Of a stretch of DNA of 64,000 nucleotides, positions 28,228 through 46,490 are shown one piece after another. A program made the position numbers and the translations under genes. Numbering within the stretch: the first letter of the stretch is position 1; the number at the start of each line of letters is the position of its first letter. The DNA comes from the human T2T-CHM13v2.0 reference genome, Homo sapiens, in assembly GCF_009914755.1 (NCBI RefSeq), contig NC_060947.1. One strand, 5' to 3'. The notes under the pieces are model-generated. The model was not told the origin of the DNA, ran no database searches, and was given only the letters and a program-made list of their open reading frames with translations.

Positions 28228-28475
28228 ATAGTAACAGATAATATTTATGCATCTACTACTACAGGTACTGTTCTGTGTATTCCATAGATACATTTAATTT
28301 TTGCAGCAATTCTGGAAATAGACACTGCTATTATTGCAATTTTATAGATGAAGCAATTAGGGCACAGAAAGGTAAGTAACCTGTCTAAATCCTCACAGAT
28401 AGTACGGAAGAAGAGTCAAAATTTAAAATGTAAACTCAGGCATCTGTTTTAGTAGTCCTGTTTTTGACCACTATA
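28228..28475 (-). mobile_element. MIR
   Basis: MIR core attttatagatgaagcaattagggcacagaaaggtaagtaacctgtc. Confidence 0.8.
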
Positions 28476-28597
28476 TTATCCCACACCTTATATATCTACA
28501 CATATGCTTACATGCAGCACAGGCACAAAAATGCGCATACACAGAATATATGTAGTGGTGGCTGTGGCTTGGTTATTGCATCACTCTTTGGATGAAT

Positions 28598-28742
28598 TTG
28601 TGTCATAATTTCCTCATCTATAAAATAGAAATGATTAGTTTCTACAACATAGGGTTATTTTGAAAGTTACCTTTCTAAAGTGTACAGAATACAGTCTAGC
28701 AGAGTAAATGCTCTAAAAATTTAGCTCTTATTATCATTATCC
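28598..28742 (+). mobile_element. MIR fragment
   Basis: tttcctcatctataaaatagaaatgat...catagggttattttga...agtaaatgctc. Confidence 0.75.
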
Positions 28743-29605
28743 TCAGACAGAATGTGAGTTCCATTAACAATACTATTATTTCTATTTTTATTACATTTGT
28801 AGGTAGTATGTCACTGGATAAATTTTACACTGAGCATTAAATTATAGCATTGCCCAAATGCCATGAAATACGGCACAATTGTGAATGGCATAAACCCTTT
28901 TTAAAATAAAGTTTCCAATTATTTCAATTACATTTATTTTTATAGTTCAGTCTTAAAGAGGCCTTACTCAAATTCCTTGATGGATTTGTAAAAAACATAG
29001 AATTTTTGTTACATTCTTGGGTTAAAATCTCATATCCACCTTACTTAAACTCTGAATACCTGTGTCTTTGGATACATTATTTAATCTCTCAAAATGTTTT
29101 CTTCTTTTTGGCATGGTGAGAAAACTAGAAAAAAAAACCCAGAACATTTCTGAGAGAACTACTCACTTTTCTTTTTAAAAAAAGTATTACAAAATTTAGA
29201 AAAACTACTAGACATTCTGCTTTGGATGTAGTGCTGACTAAAAGAGTAATAAGTAAACCAAAAATAAATGTGACTTCTGAGAGAAATTGATTATGTTAGA
29301 GCCAGTGACAATGACAGGTCAATTATGTGTTCATTGGATTGCATTCAAAACAGTTTTGAAAGCAGAATTTGGACCATTTATGTAAGATAATCACTTAGTT
29401 AACTTCAAAGAAAGAACAAGTTTTCATTTAACATTTTGATGATGTCAACTCCACTTCCAGCAGTATTGTCTGTGAAGGTAGTAGTGGTGGAGCTTCTGTA
29501 AGCAACCAAAAATCTTTATTGGGTAATCTAATTGTATTATTTAGGATTCTCAAGAAAAAAAAAACAGAATGATCTCACAGACTCTCTCTCTCTCTATATA
29601 TATAT

Positions 29606-30229
29606 ATATAATTTGTGCACCAAGCCCAGTGATACGTAATTTACCTATGTAATACACCTGCACATGTACCCAACTCAACCTGAAATAAAAGTTAGAAAAA
29701 AAGAAAAACCTCATTTTTATAATTCTGTTTCTCCAGAACCACTCTTGGTACCAAAATCTGTGTGAGGGTTCTCCAGAGAAAGAAATCCAGTAGAATATAA
29801 AAAAAGTAAGGAAATTTATTATGAGAATTGGCCGATGTGATTATGAAGGCCCATAATACTCATTGGTGATTCTAATAAAAATTAAAGTTTGAAAGCCACT
29901 AATACAGATCATTGCTATGATGGTTAGAAGTATAATAGTTAACTTTAAGTATCAACTTGGCTGCACCATGGGGTGTCCAGATATTTGGTGAAACGTTATT
30001 TATGTGGTCTGTGAGGATGTTTCTGAATGAGATCAGCATTTGAAATCAGTAGACTCAGTAAAGCGCATTGCCTTCCCCAATGTGGATGAGCATCATCCAA
30101 TCCCCTGAAAACCTGAATAGAGCAAAAGCTGGATGAAGGGAGAATCTCTCTCTCTCTCTTACTCTTTCTCTGCATAGGTCTTCTCCTGCATTCTGACTTG
30201 GGCTGGAACTTACACCATTGTCTCTCCTA

Positions 30230-30230
<1 letters not shown>
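29606..30230. repeat. Left arm of 625-bp inverted repeat (pairs with 31165-31789)
   Basis: Base-by-base reverse complement with about 8 substitutions counted by eye. Confidence 0.97.
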
Positions 30231-30303
<73 letters not shown>

Positions 30304-30582
30304 CTACCTATATATAAATCTCTTTCTCTCTCTCTCTCTCTCACTCTTTCTCTGCATAGGTCTTCTCTTGCATTCTGACTTGGGCTGGAGCTTACACCAT
30401 TGTCTCTCCTACTTCTCAGACTTTTATATTGCAAATGTTGAGACTTCTCAGCCTCAATAATCACATGAACCAATCTCATACATACATATTTATATATATA
30501 TATATGAGAGATTTTATATATAGGCGATTTATATCTATATCTATAGATATAAATTGGTTCATATGTTTATTGAGGCTGAGAA

Positions 30583-31102
30583 ATATATATTATATATAAA
30601 TACATATATAAACATATACATATATAAATACATATATAATATATAATATATATTATATATATTATATAATATATAATATATATTATATATTATATAATAT
30701 ATATAATATATAATATATATTATATATATTATATATTATATAATATATATTATATAATATATAATATATAATATATATTATATATTATATAATATATAAT
30801 ATATAATATATATAATATATTATATTATATATAATATATATAATATATATAATATATTATATTATATATAATATATATAATATATAATATAATATATTAT
30901 ATATAATATATATAATATATATATTATATATAATATATAATATATATTATATATTATATAATATATATTATATATTATATTATATATATTATATAATATA
31001 TAATATATAATATATATATAATATATATTATATAATATTATATAATATATATTATATATTATATAATATATATATTATATATTATATAATATATATATAT
31101 AT
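30583..31102. repeat. ~520-bp AT-rich low-complexity tract (TATAA/ATATT units), free of G/C from ~30632 to 31102
   Basis: Directly visible. Confidence 0.98.
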
Positions 31103-31164
31103 GAGATTGGTTCTTGTGATTACTGAGGCTGAGTCTCAACATTTGCAATATAAAAGTCTGAGAA

Positions 31165-31789
31165 GTAGGAGAGACAATGGTGTAAGTTCCAGCCCAAGTC
31201 AGAATGCAGGAGAAGACCTATGCAGAGAAAGAGTAAGAGAGAGAGAGAGATTCTCCCTTCATCCAGCTTTTGCTCTATTCAGGTTTTCAGGGGATTGGAT
31301 GATGCTCACCCACATTGGGGAAGACAATGTGCTTTACTGAGTCTACTGATTTCAAATGCTGATCTCATTCAGAAACATCCTCACAGACCACATAAATAAC
31401 GTTTCACCAAATATCTGGACACCCCATGGTGCAGTCAAGTTGATACTTAAAGTTAACTATTATACTTCTAACCATCATAGCAATGATCTGTATTAGTGGC
31501 TTTCAAACTTTAATTTTTATTAGAATCACCAATGAGTATTATGGGCCTTCATAATCACATTGGCCAATTCTCATAATAAATTTCCTTACTTTTTTTATAT
31601 TCTACTGGATTTCATTCTCTGGAGAACCCTCACACAGATTTTGGTACCAAGAGTGGTTCTAGAGAAACAGAATTATAAAAATGAAGTTTTTCTTTTTTTC
31701 TAACTTTTATTTCAGGTTGAGTTGGGTACATGTGCAGGTGTATTACATAGGTAAATTACGTATCACTGGGCTTGGTGCACAAATTATAT
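31165..31789. repeat. Right (donor) arm of the 625-bp inverted repeat
   Basis: Continuous with MLT2 on its left and the old L1 3'UTR on its right, so this is the original copy. Confidence 0.95.
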
Positions 31790-31994
31790 TGTCACTTAGG
31801 TAACAAGCAGAGCACCCAATATGTACTTTTTTGATACTCTCCCTCCTCTCACTTTCCACCCTCAAGTAGGCCCTGAAGTCTCATTTCCTTCTTCATGTCC
31901 ATGTGTACTCAATGTTTAGCTCCCACTTATAAGTGAGAACATGCAATATTTGGTTTTCTGTTCCTATGCTAATTCCCTTAATATAATAGCCTCC
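31687..31994 (-). mobile_element. Older L1 (L1PA15-16/L1PB/L1MA-like) 3' end, part 1; continues at 38537-38873
   Basis: taacttttatttcaggtt..gggtacatgtgcagg...gctcccacttataagtgagaacatgc; the sequence resumes after the inserted L1PA. Confidence 0.85.
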
Positions 31995-38536
<6,542 letters not shown>

Positions 38537-38873
38537 GATTATAGCCTTCAGCTCCATCTATTTTGTCTCAAAGGACATGATATCATTCTTTTTTATGGCT
38601 GTGTGATATTCCATCACGTATGTGTACCATATTTTTTATATCAAGTCCACCACTGATGGGCATCTAGGTTGATTCCATGTCTTTACTATTGTGACTAGTG
38701 CTGCAGTGTACATAAGCATGCATGTGTCTTTATGGTAGAATAATGTATATTCCTTTGGGTATAAATCCAGTAATGAGACTGCTGGGTCAAATGGTAGTTC
38801 TGTGTTAAGTCCCTTAAGAAATCTCTAAACTGCTTTCCACAATGGCTAAACTAACATACATTCCAACCAACAA
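38537..38873 (-). mobile_element. Older L1 3' region, part 2, ending abruptly at the HERV-K junction
   Basis: cagctccatc...aaaggacatgat..cattcttttttatggctg...aactgctttccacaatggc. Confidence 0.85.
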
Positions 38874-41558
38874 TGGCTTGACCAAGCCACCCAATCGCAT
38901 CAATTCTTCCACCAAAACTGGAGAAAATTATCTAAACAATTTCAACTTACCCAAAGACTAGCTAAACAAATTATCCTGCGATGCCCAGATTGCCAGCTCA
39001 CAGGCATGTACCTTCCTTCAACAGCTGTTAACCCTGGAGGACTAGGACCTAATTATTTATGGCAAACAGATGTTACACACATCCCTGAATTTGGAAAAGT
39101 TAGATACATGCATGTATTCGTTGATACCACCACTCATCTAATTAGTGCACATGCACTTCCTGAAGAGTCCACTCGATATGTCATTAAACATCTTCTTATA
39201 ACTTTTGCATTTATGGGGAAGCCCACAAAAATTAAAACTGATAATGGTCCAGCTTGTGCCTCTCGCAATTTCAACAATTTTGTCACACGTGGAATATCCA
39301 GTATTCCACAGGCATTCCATATAACCCCCGAGGACAGCTATAGTAGAACGTGTCCATTTCACTCTTCAAAAATATGCACAAAAAACAAGGGGGAGTATGA
39401 GTAAGGACCCTGCAACACTACCAGCACAAGCCTTATTACCCTTAATTTTTTAAATTTAGATGATAAATCTCAATCAGCTGTAGAAAAGCACTTGCAGGTT
39501 TGCAGTTTTATGGAAAGATGTAAACAGTAACGCAGGGTGTGGTCCAAATGAATTGTTAACGTGGGGAAGAGGATATTCTTGTGTTCACACCCCCTCAGGT
39601 CCTCTTTGGATTCCAGCATGATGCATCAAACCATACTATGGCATGGCTAGGACCCAACCTGGTACCAGAAATGAAGGAACTGCCCTACAGGACTCGCAGC
39701 CCCGGATGATGCAGCTTCCTCGAACGACACGAGTCCTGGACATTACCTGGGGGATGCTGAAGAAGACAACTCAGGAGGCTGAACGAATTCTGCTCCAGAC
39801 ACAGACACCATTCACTCCGGATAATGTGTTCCTTGCTATGCTCTCTGTTGTACATTGCAACTTGCATAGGGTATTGATCCTTCTTATGCTCTCACTTTGT
39901 CTGCAACCTGTACCTGCTACACTCTATTGAGCTCGTATCTTAGATCCGCCTTTCTTTCACCCTGTCACCTGGCCAGACACCCCCTTCCCTGCCATTAATA
40001 ACGTAACTGCTTGGCTAGGAGGGATAGATTTACCCCCAGTGGGGTTCCTCATTAATGGCACACAATGGACTAAGGTGCCAGGTAACACTACATATCACTC
40101 TACTATCCTCTCACTGTGTGTAAGTTATAAAAGTTTTAGCTCTTACTGTGTACCTGCCCAAACACAATTAAGGCTACATTATGGCAAAGGAAATGCCTTA
40201 ACAGTCTTAGCTGCAGGTAGCCTCAAACCGGGCAATGCAATAAATGCCACTTTCCCAAACATTCCTTCCTGTGCTAAAGAACAAAGCTGGGGAAGTAATG
40301 GATTCCACTTTAGCTGGGAGGTCTGTCATGGGGGGCAAGCCTGTAGCCTCCAGTTAGGTAATTACAACATCTTAGGCAGCCTTACTGATGTCCTCATCCA
40401 TCATGGCATCAATCACAGTTTCGCAGCCACATCTCATTCCCCTATGATTTGGACCAATGAGGGGATGAGATATCCCAGACTCCAAGGAAAATCCATGCCA
40501 CCCCAAGACACTTTATGGTGCCTGGGACATCTTAGCACCTCCCTTGACACCTGGCATGGGGCATATCATAATTTCAGTCACAACTATACTATAACCTTTA
40601 TTGATAATCACACTGATTAGTGCCTAATTTGCACTACCTATCCATATTTTTTCCTTATGGGAACCAATATTTCTATTACACCACAAAACCCTGAGTTTGT
40701 GACCTGGGTGCAGGGACAAGCTTGGTTCGCCTCATGTATCACTAATTACAATATATCTAATTTAAATATTACTAGTGTCATGGTATTGAGGAGACAACCT
40801 GAGGCATTCCTACCAGTCAATTGACACACAATTGGCAAGGTTCCTCTGCCTTTGCCACCTTAGAATGTGCTCTGTCCTAGGTCAGAACCAAAAGATTCAT
40901 AGGCACACTTATAGCCTTTATAGTCTCAGCCATAGTCATCCTAGCAACTGCTAGTGTGGCTGTAGCATCTATTACTGAATCAGTACAAACAGCTGCTTTT
41001 GTAGATAATTTGGCCAGAAATGTGTCTAATGAACTTCTCTTACAGCAGGGTATAGATCAAAAGATTCTTGCATGTCTGCAAGCCCTCGAGGCTGCCTTGG
41101 AATATGTAGGGGAGTGACAAGATGCACTGGCATTCTAACAGCAATTACACTGCAACTGGGAGCATAAACATGTCTGTGTCACTTCTCAACTATGGAATCA
41201 ATCAATACATAGTGGGGATGAGAGGAAACAACACCTCTGGGGAACCTTTCATGACAATTTAACAGCAGACATAAGGCCACTTAAAACTAAAATTTTAGAA
41301 TCCCTTCACACCATAGATCTACACACCCAACAAACAGCAATATGGAAGGGTGTGTGAGATATTCTCTCCTGGATAGACCCCCACTCCTGGGGGTCACTCT
41401 TTGATTGGAAAAGAATGTTGTTGATCATACTCATGTTTGTCTTATGTTATTTGTTAATTCTAGGTTGCAAAGCCAGAATAAGAGCAGTGACCACCTTGCC
41501 TGACAGACCTGTTGCTGCACACCTCTGTACTCTTCAATCAATAAAGCTGGATGCAAAA

Positions 41559-41597
<39 letters not shown>

Positions 41598-41612
41598 CAG
41601 AAAAGGGGGATA
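38874..41612 (+). mobile_element. HERV-K(HML-5)/HERVK22-like internal region: integrase and env pseudogenes, 5' part deleted
   Basis: HHCC motif HQFFHQN...CPDCQ, LWQTDVTHIPEFG, IKTDNGP; env leader ITWGMLKKTTQEAE; furin site RTKR followed by FIGTLIAFIVSAIVILATASVAV; polypurine tract aaaaggggga. Confidence 0.88.
41556..41597. repeat. (AAAT)n microsatellite inside the provirus
   Basis: Directly visible. Confidence 0.95.
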
Positions 41613-42098
41613 TGTGGGAGTTCAGTCAGGGTGGTGGGAAAAAGTATAGTGAAAAAATTATAAAAATAGTTATAGGAAATAGACACAAACCTTCTTGAAA
41701 GGCCAGGGGGATTGCATAGCTTCAGTAAAAGATTTGGCTGAAGGCAGCCTAATCCTCTTATCTTGAGTTAATAGCTTAAACTAGATACAATGGAATGTAA
41801 GGAAGTTTATCTAAATAGCTTGTGTACTCATGTGGTCCTAAGACCAACCTTTGATCATTTATGGGCAGAATGGCTCTGGTGGGGGAGGGTGACCAGATTA
41901 ATTACCCACAGGTGTGTTGACTCAAAGCCTTTGTCATTAAATCTGTGCTGAATAAATGCCCACAGGGCCAGCTTTATCAAGGCTGATGCTGCAGACTCGA
42001 GCAGCAGAGCCCCTTAGCCGGACTGACAAATAAAATATCTGCGTCAGTGTACATCTTTCATCGGTTGCTGGGTCAGGGTCTGCAGGACGAACCCCACA
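41613..42098 (+). mobile_element. LTR22-type 3' LTR (HML-5)
   Basis: tgtgggagttcagtcagggtggtgggaaaa...gatttggctgaaggcagcc...ccccaca with TG...CA termini. Confidence 0.85.
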
Positions 42099-45000
42099 TC
42101 CTGCTCTCTCCTGTGGGTATTTCGTGCTATAAATTTTCCTCTAAGCACTGCTTTAGCTGTGTCCCAGAGATTCCTGTATGTTGTGTCTTTGTTATCATTG
42201 GTTTCAAAGAATGTATTTATTTCTTCCTTAATTTTGTTATTTACCCAGGAGAAGCTTGTTCAGTTTCCATGTAGTTGTGTGGTTTTCAGTGAGTTTCTTA
42301 ATCCTGAACTCTAATTTGATTGCACTGTGGTCTGAGAGACTGTTTGTTATGATTTCCATTCTTCTGCATTTGCTGAGGAGTGTTTTACTTCCAATTATGT
42401 GGTCAATTTTAGAATAAGTACAATGTGGTGCTGAGAAGAATATATATTCTGCTGATTTGGGGTAGAGTTGTGTAGATGTCTACTAGGTCGGCTAGGTGCA
42501 GAGCTGAGTTCAAGTCCTGAATATCCTTGTTAATTTTCTTTCTCATTGATCTGTCTAATATTGACAGTTGGGCATTAAAGTCTCCCACTATTATTGTGTG
42601 GGAGTCTAAGTCTCTTTGTAGGTGTCTAAAAACTTGCTTTATGAATCTGGGTGCTCCTATATCGGGTGCATATATATTTAGGATAGTTAGCTCTTCTTGT
42701 TGCATTGATCCCTTTACCATTAAGTAATGCCCTTGTTTGTCTTTTTTGATCTTTGTTGGTTTAAAGTCTGCCTTATCAGAGACTAGGATTGCAACCCCTT
42801 TTTTAATCGCTTTCCATTTGTTTGGTTAATATTCCTCCATCCCTTTATTTTGAGCCTATGTGTGTCTTTGCACCTGAGATGTGTCTCCTGAATAAAGCAC
42901 ACTGATGGGTGTTGACTCTTTATCCAATTTTCCAGTCTGTGTCTTTTAATTGGGGCATTTAGCCCATTTACATTTAAGGTTCATATTGTTATGTGTGAAT
43001 TTGATCCTATCATTATGATGCTAGCTGGTTATTTTGCCTGTTAGTTGATGCAGTTTCTTCATAGTGTCAGTGGTCTTTACAATTTGGTATGTTTTTGCAG
43101 TGTCTGGTACTGTTTTTTTTTCTATATTTAGTGCTTTCTGCAGGAGCTCTTGTAAGGCAGGCCTGGTGGTGACAAAATCTCTCAGCATTTGCTTGTCTGT
43201 AAAGGATTTTCTCTTTTGCTTATGAAGCTTAGTATAGCTGGATATGAAATTCTGAGTTGAAAATTCTTTTTTTAAGAATGTTGAGTATTGACCCCCACTC
43301 TCTTCTGGCTTGTAGGGTTTCTTCAGAGAGATCCATTGTTAGTCTGATGGGCTTCTCTTTGTTGGTCACTCAACCTTTCTTTCTGGCTGTGCTTAATCTT
43401 TTTTTCCTTCATTTCAAACTCGGTGAATCTGACAATTATGTGTATTGAGATTACTCTTCTCAAAGAGTATTTTTGTGGTGTTCTTGTATTTCCTGAATTT
43501 GCATGTTGGCCTGTCTTGCTAAGTTGGGGAAGTTCTCCTGGATAATATCTTGAAGTGTGTTTTCCAACTCGGTTCCATTCTCCCAATCACTTTCAGGTAC
43601 ACCAGTCAAACATAGGTTTGGTCTGTTCACATTGTACCATAGTTCTTTGAGGCTTTGGTCATCCCTTTTTATTCTTTTTTCTCTAATCTTGTCTTCACGC
43701 TTTATTTCATTAAGTTGATATTCAATCTCTAATATCTTTTCTTCCACTTGATAGATTCAGCTATTGATGCTTGTGTATGCTTCACAAAATACTCGTTCTG
43801 TGTTTTTCAGCTCCATCAGGTCATTTATGTTCTTCTCTAAACTGGTTATTCTAGTTAGCAATTCCTCTAACATTTTTTCAAGGTTCTTAGCATTTTTGCA
43901 TTGGATTAGAACATGCTCCTTATCTCAAAGGAGTTTGTTATTACCCACCTTCTGAAGCCTACCTCTGTCAATTCATCAAACTCATTCTCCATCCAGTTTT
44001 GTTCCTTTGCTGGTGAGGAGTTGTCATCCTTTGGAGGAGAAGAGGCGTTCTGGTTTTTGGAATTTTCAGCCTTTTTGTGCCTATTTTTTTTCATCTTCAT
44101 GAATTTATCTACCTTTGGTCTTTGATGTTGTGACCGTCAGATGGGATTATTTTGTGGATGTCCTTTTGATGTTGATGCTATTTTTTTCTGTTAGTTTTCT
44201 TTCTAACAATCAGGTCCCTCTGCTGCAGGTCTGCTGGAATTTGCTGGAGGTCCACTCCAGACCCTGTTTTTCTAGACTTATCACCAGCAGAGGCTGCAGA
44301 ACAGCAAAAGTTGCTGCCCGTTCCATACTCTGGAAGCTTTGTCCCCAGGGGACACCCACCAGATGCCAGCTGGAGCTCTGCTGTATGAGGTGTCTGTCAA
44401 CCTTTGTTGGGAGGTGTCTCCCAGTCAGGGGGCATGGGGGTCAGTATCCCACTTGAGGAGGCAGTCTGTCCCTTAGCAGAGCTCAAGCACTGTGCTGGCA
44501 GTTCTGTTCCTCTTTTCAGAGCTGGCAGGCAGGAATGTTTCAGTCTGCTGAAGCTACGCCCACAGCCATCCCTTCCCCCAGGTGCTCTGTCCCAGGGAGA
44601 TGGGAGTTTTATCTATAAGCCCCTGACTGGGGAACCTGCCTTTCTTTCAGAGATGCCCTGTCCAGAGAGGAGAATTCTAGATAGGCAGTCTGGCTACAGT
44701 GGCTTTGCAGAGCTGTGGTGGGCTCCACCTGGTTTGAACTTCCCGGCAGCTTTGTTTACACTGTGAGGGGAAAACCGCCTACTCAAGCCTCAGTAATGGC
44801 AGACACCCCTTTCCCCACCAAGCTCGAGTGTCCCAGGTTGACTCAGACTGCTGTGCTGGCAGCAAGAATTTCAAGCCTGTGGATCTTAGCTTGCTGGGCT
44901 TCTTGCGGGTGGGATTTGCTGAGCTATACCACTTGACTCCCTGGATTTAGCCCCCTTGCCAGAGGAGTGAATGTTTCTGTCTTGCTGGTGTTCCAGACGT

Positions 45001-45422
45001 CACTGAGTTATGAAAAAACTCCTGCAGCTAGCTCAGTACCTGCCCAAATGACCACCCAGTTTTTGCTTGAAACCCAGGGCCCTGGTAGCGTAGGCATCCA
45101 AAGGAATCTCCTGGTCTGTGAGTTGTGAAGACTGTTGGGAAAACATAGTATCTGGGCTGGAATGGACCATTCCTCATGGCACAGTCCCTCATGGCTTCCT
45201 TCCGCTAGGGGAGGGGATTCTCTGACCCCTTGCACTTCCCAGGTGAGGTGACACAACACTCTCCTTCTGCTTGCCCTCTGTGGTCTGCACCATCTAACCT
45301 GTCCCAGTGAGATGAGCCGGGTACCTCAGTTGGAAATGCAGAAATCACCCATCTTCTGCATTGATCTCACTGGGAGCTGCAGACTGAAGCTGTTCCTATT
45401 TGGCCATCTTGCCCAAGTCCCC
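42099..45422 (-). mobile_element. 5' half of an L1PA7/8-type LINE-1 (5'UTR, ORF1, endonuclease); 3' half missing
   Basis: Minus ORFs MVKGSMQQEELTILNIYAPD and LENTLQDIIQENFPNLARQ; 5' end tgttcctatttggccatcttg. Confidence 0.93.
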
Positions 45423-45424
45423 TG

Positions 45425-45993
45425 TATTTTTAAAACACCAACTCTTACTTTGTTTTGATCTTTTCTTTTTTTTTTTTTAGTTTTTAGTTTTTATTTAATT
45501 TATTTCTGCAATGATCTTTCTTTCTTTTTTTTTCTTCTACTAACTGGACTTAGTTTTTTGTTTTTGTTGTTGTTGTTACTTCAGGTGTTATTTTAGATGA
45601 TTTATTTGGGATATTTCTTGTTCTGTAATATAGGCATTTATTTTTTGAACCTCCTTCTTAGAACTGCTTTTCTCATATCCCATATATTTTGGGGTTTTTT
45701 ACTATTGTCTCCAGATATTGTTTAAATTTCCCATTTTATTTCTTTTTTGATTATTTATTGTTCTGGAGCATGTTGTTCAATGTCCATAGTTTGTAAATTT
45801 CTCAGAATCTTTTCTGCTGTTCATTTCTGCTTTTATATCATGTGGTCACAAATACTACTTGTATTATAAATCTTAAATTTGGTAAGACTTGTTTTTTGGC
45901 TTAGCATGTGGGCTGTCCTGGAGAATGTTTCATGTGTGCTACAGAACATTGTGTATTCTGTTGCTTTTTGATGGAAAGCTTTTTACAAGTCCA
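45425..45993 (-). mobile_element. Old L1M ORF2 fragment
   Basis: gaactgcttt..catatcccata..tttt, ggagcatgttgttcaat, cctggagaatgtttcatgtg. Confidence 0.75.
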
Positions 45994-46490
45994 TCTATTA
46001 GTCATGGTTTTCCAGAGTAACACGACTGATAGGATAACTATATCTATATATTTGCCTATATAGGCAAGTATATAGATCTAGATACACTTAGATATAGATA
46101 GATATAGATATAGAGATAAATGTATGAGAGCAAATTTATTAGGGGTGTTGGTTCACATGATTATGGAGGCTGAGAAGTTCCACCATATGCTGTGTGCAAG
46201 TTGGAAAAACAGAAAAGCATGATTCATTTCAAGTCTGAAGGCCTGAGAACCAGTAGGGCTGATGGTGTAACTTTCAGTCTGAAGTTGAAGACCTCAGAGC
46301 TTGGATGACTACTGGCACAAGTCACTAAGTCCAAAGGTTAGATAACTTGGAGTTTTGATGTCCAAAGGCATGAGAAGACAGGTACCCCAACTTCAGAAAA
46401 AAGAGAATGAGTAAGTTTGTCTTTCTTTGCACCTTTCTTCTATTTGGGCCCTCAGCAGATTGAATGGTACCAACCACTTTGGGTGAAGAC
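45994..46490 (-). mobile_element. MLT2 LTR (truncated)
   Basis: tattagtcatggttttccagag...(TA-rich tract)...catgattatggaggctgagaagttccac...gggccctcagcagattgaatg. Confidence 0.85.

Larger units (their letters stand above)
29533..31483 (-). mobile_element. MLT2 (B/D-like) LTR split within its (TA)n tract by inverted duplications
   Basis: One end tgtattatttaggattctc..aaacagaa at 29533; body gagattggttc..gtgattactgaggctgag...gtcaagttgatac...accatca at 31100-31483. Confidence 0.75.

Noticed and set aside
30210-31340. Near-identical ORFs MRLV.VI.EAE..QHLQYKSLRSRRDNGVSSSPSQNA on opposite strands, suggesting a duplicated gene pair
   Set aside because: They are chance frames in MLT2 LTR and microsatellite sequence, duplicated by the inverted repeat, with no protein features
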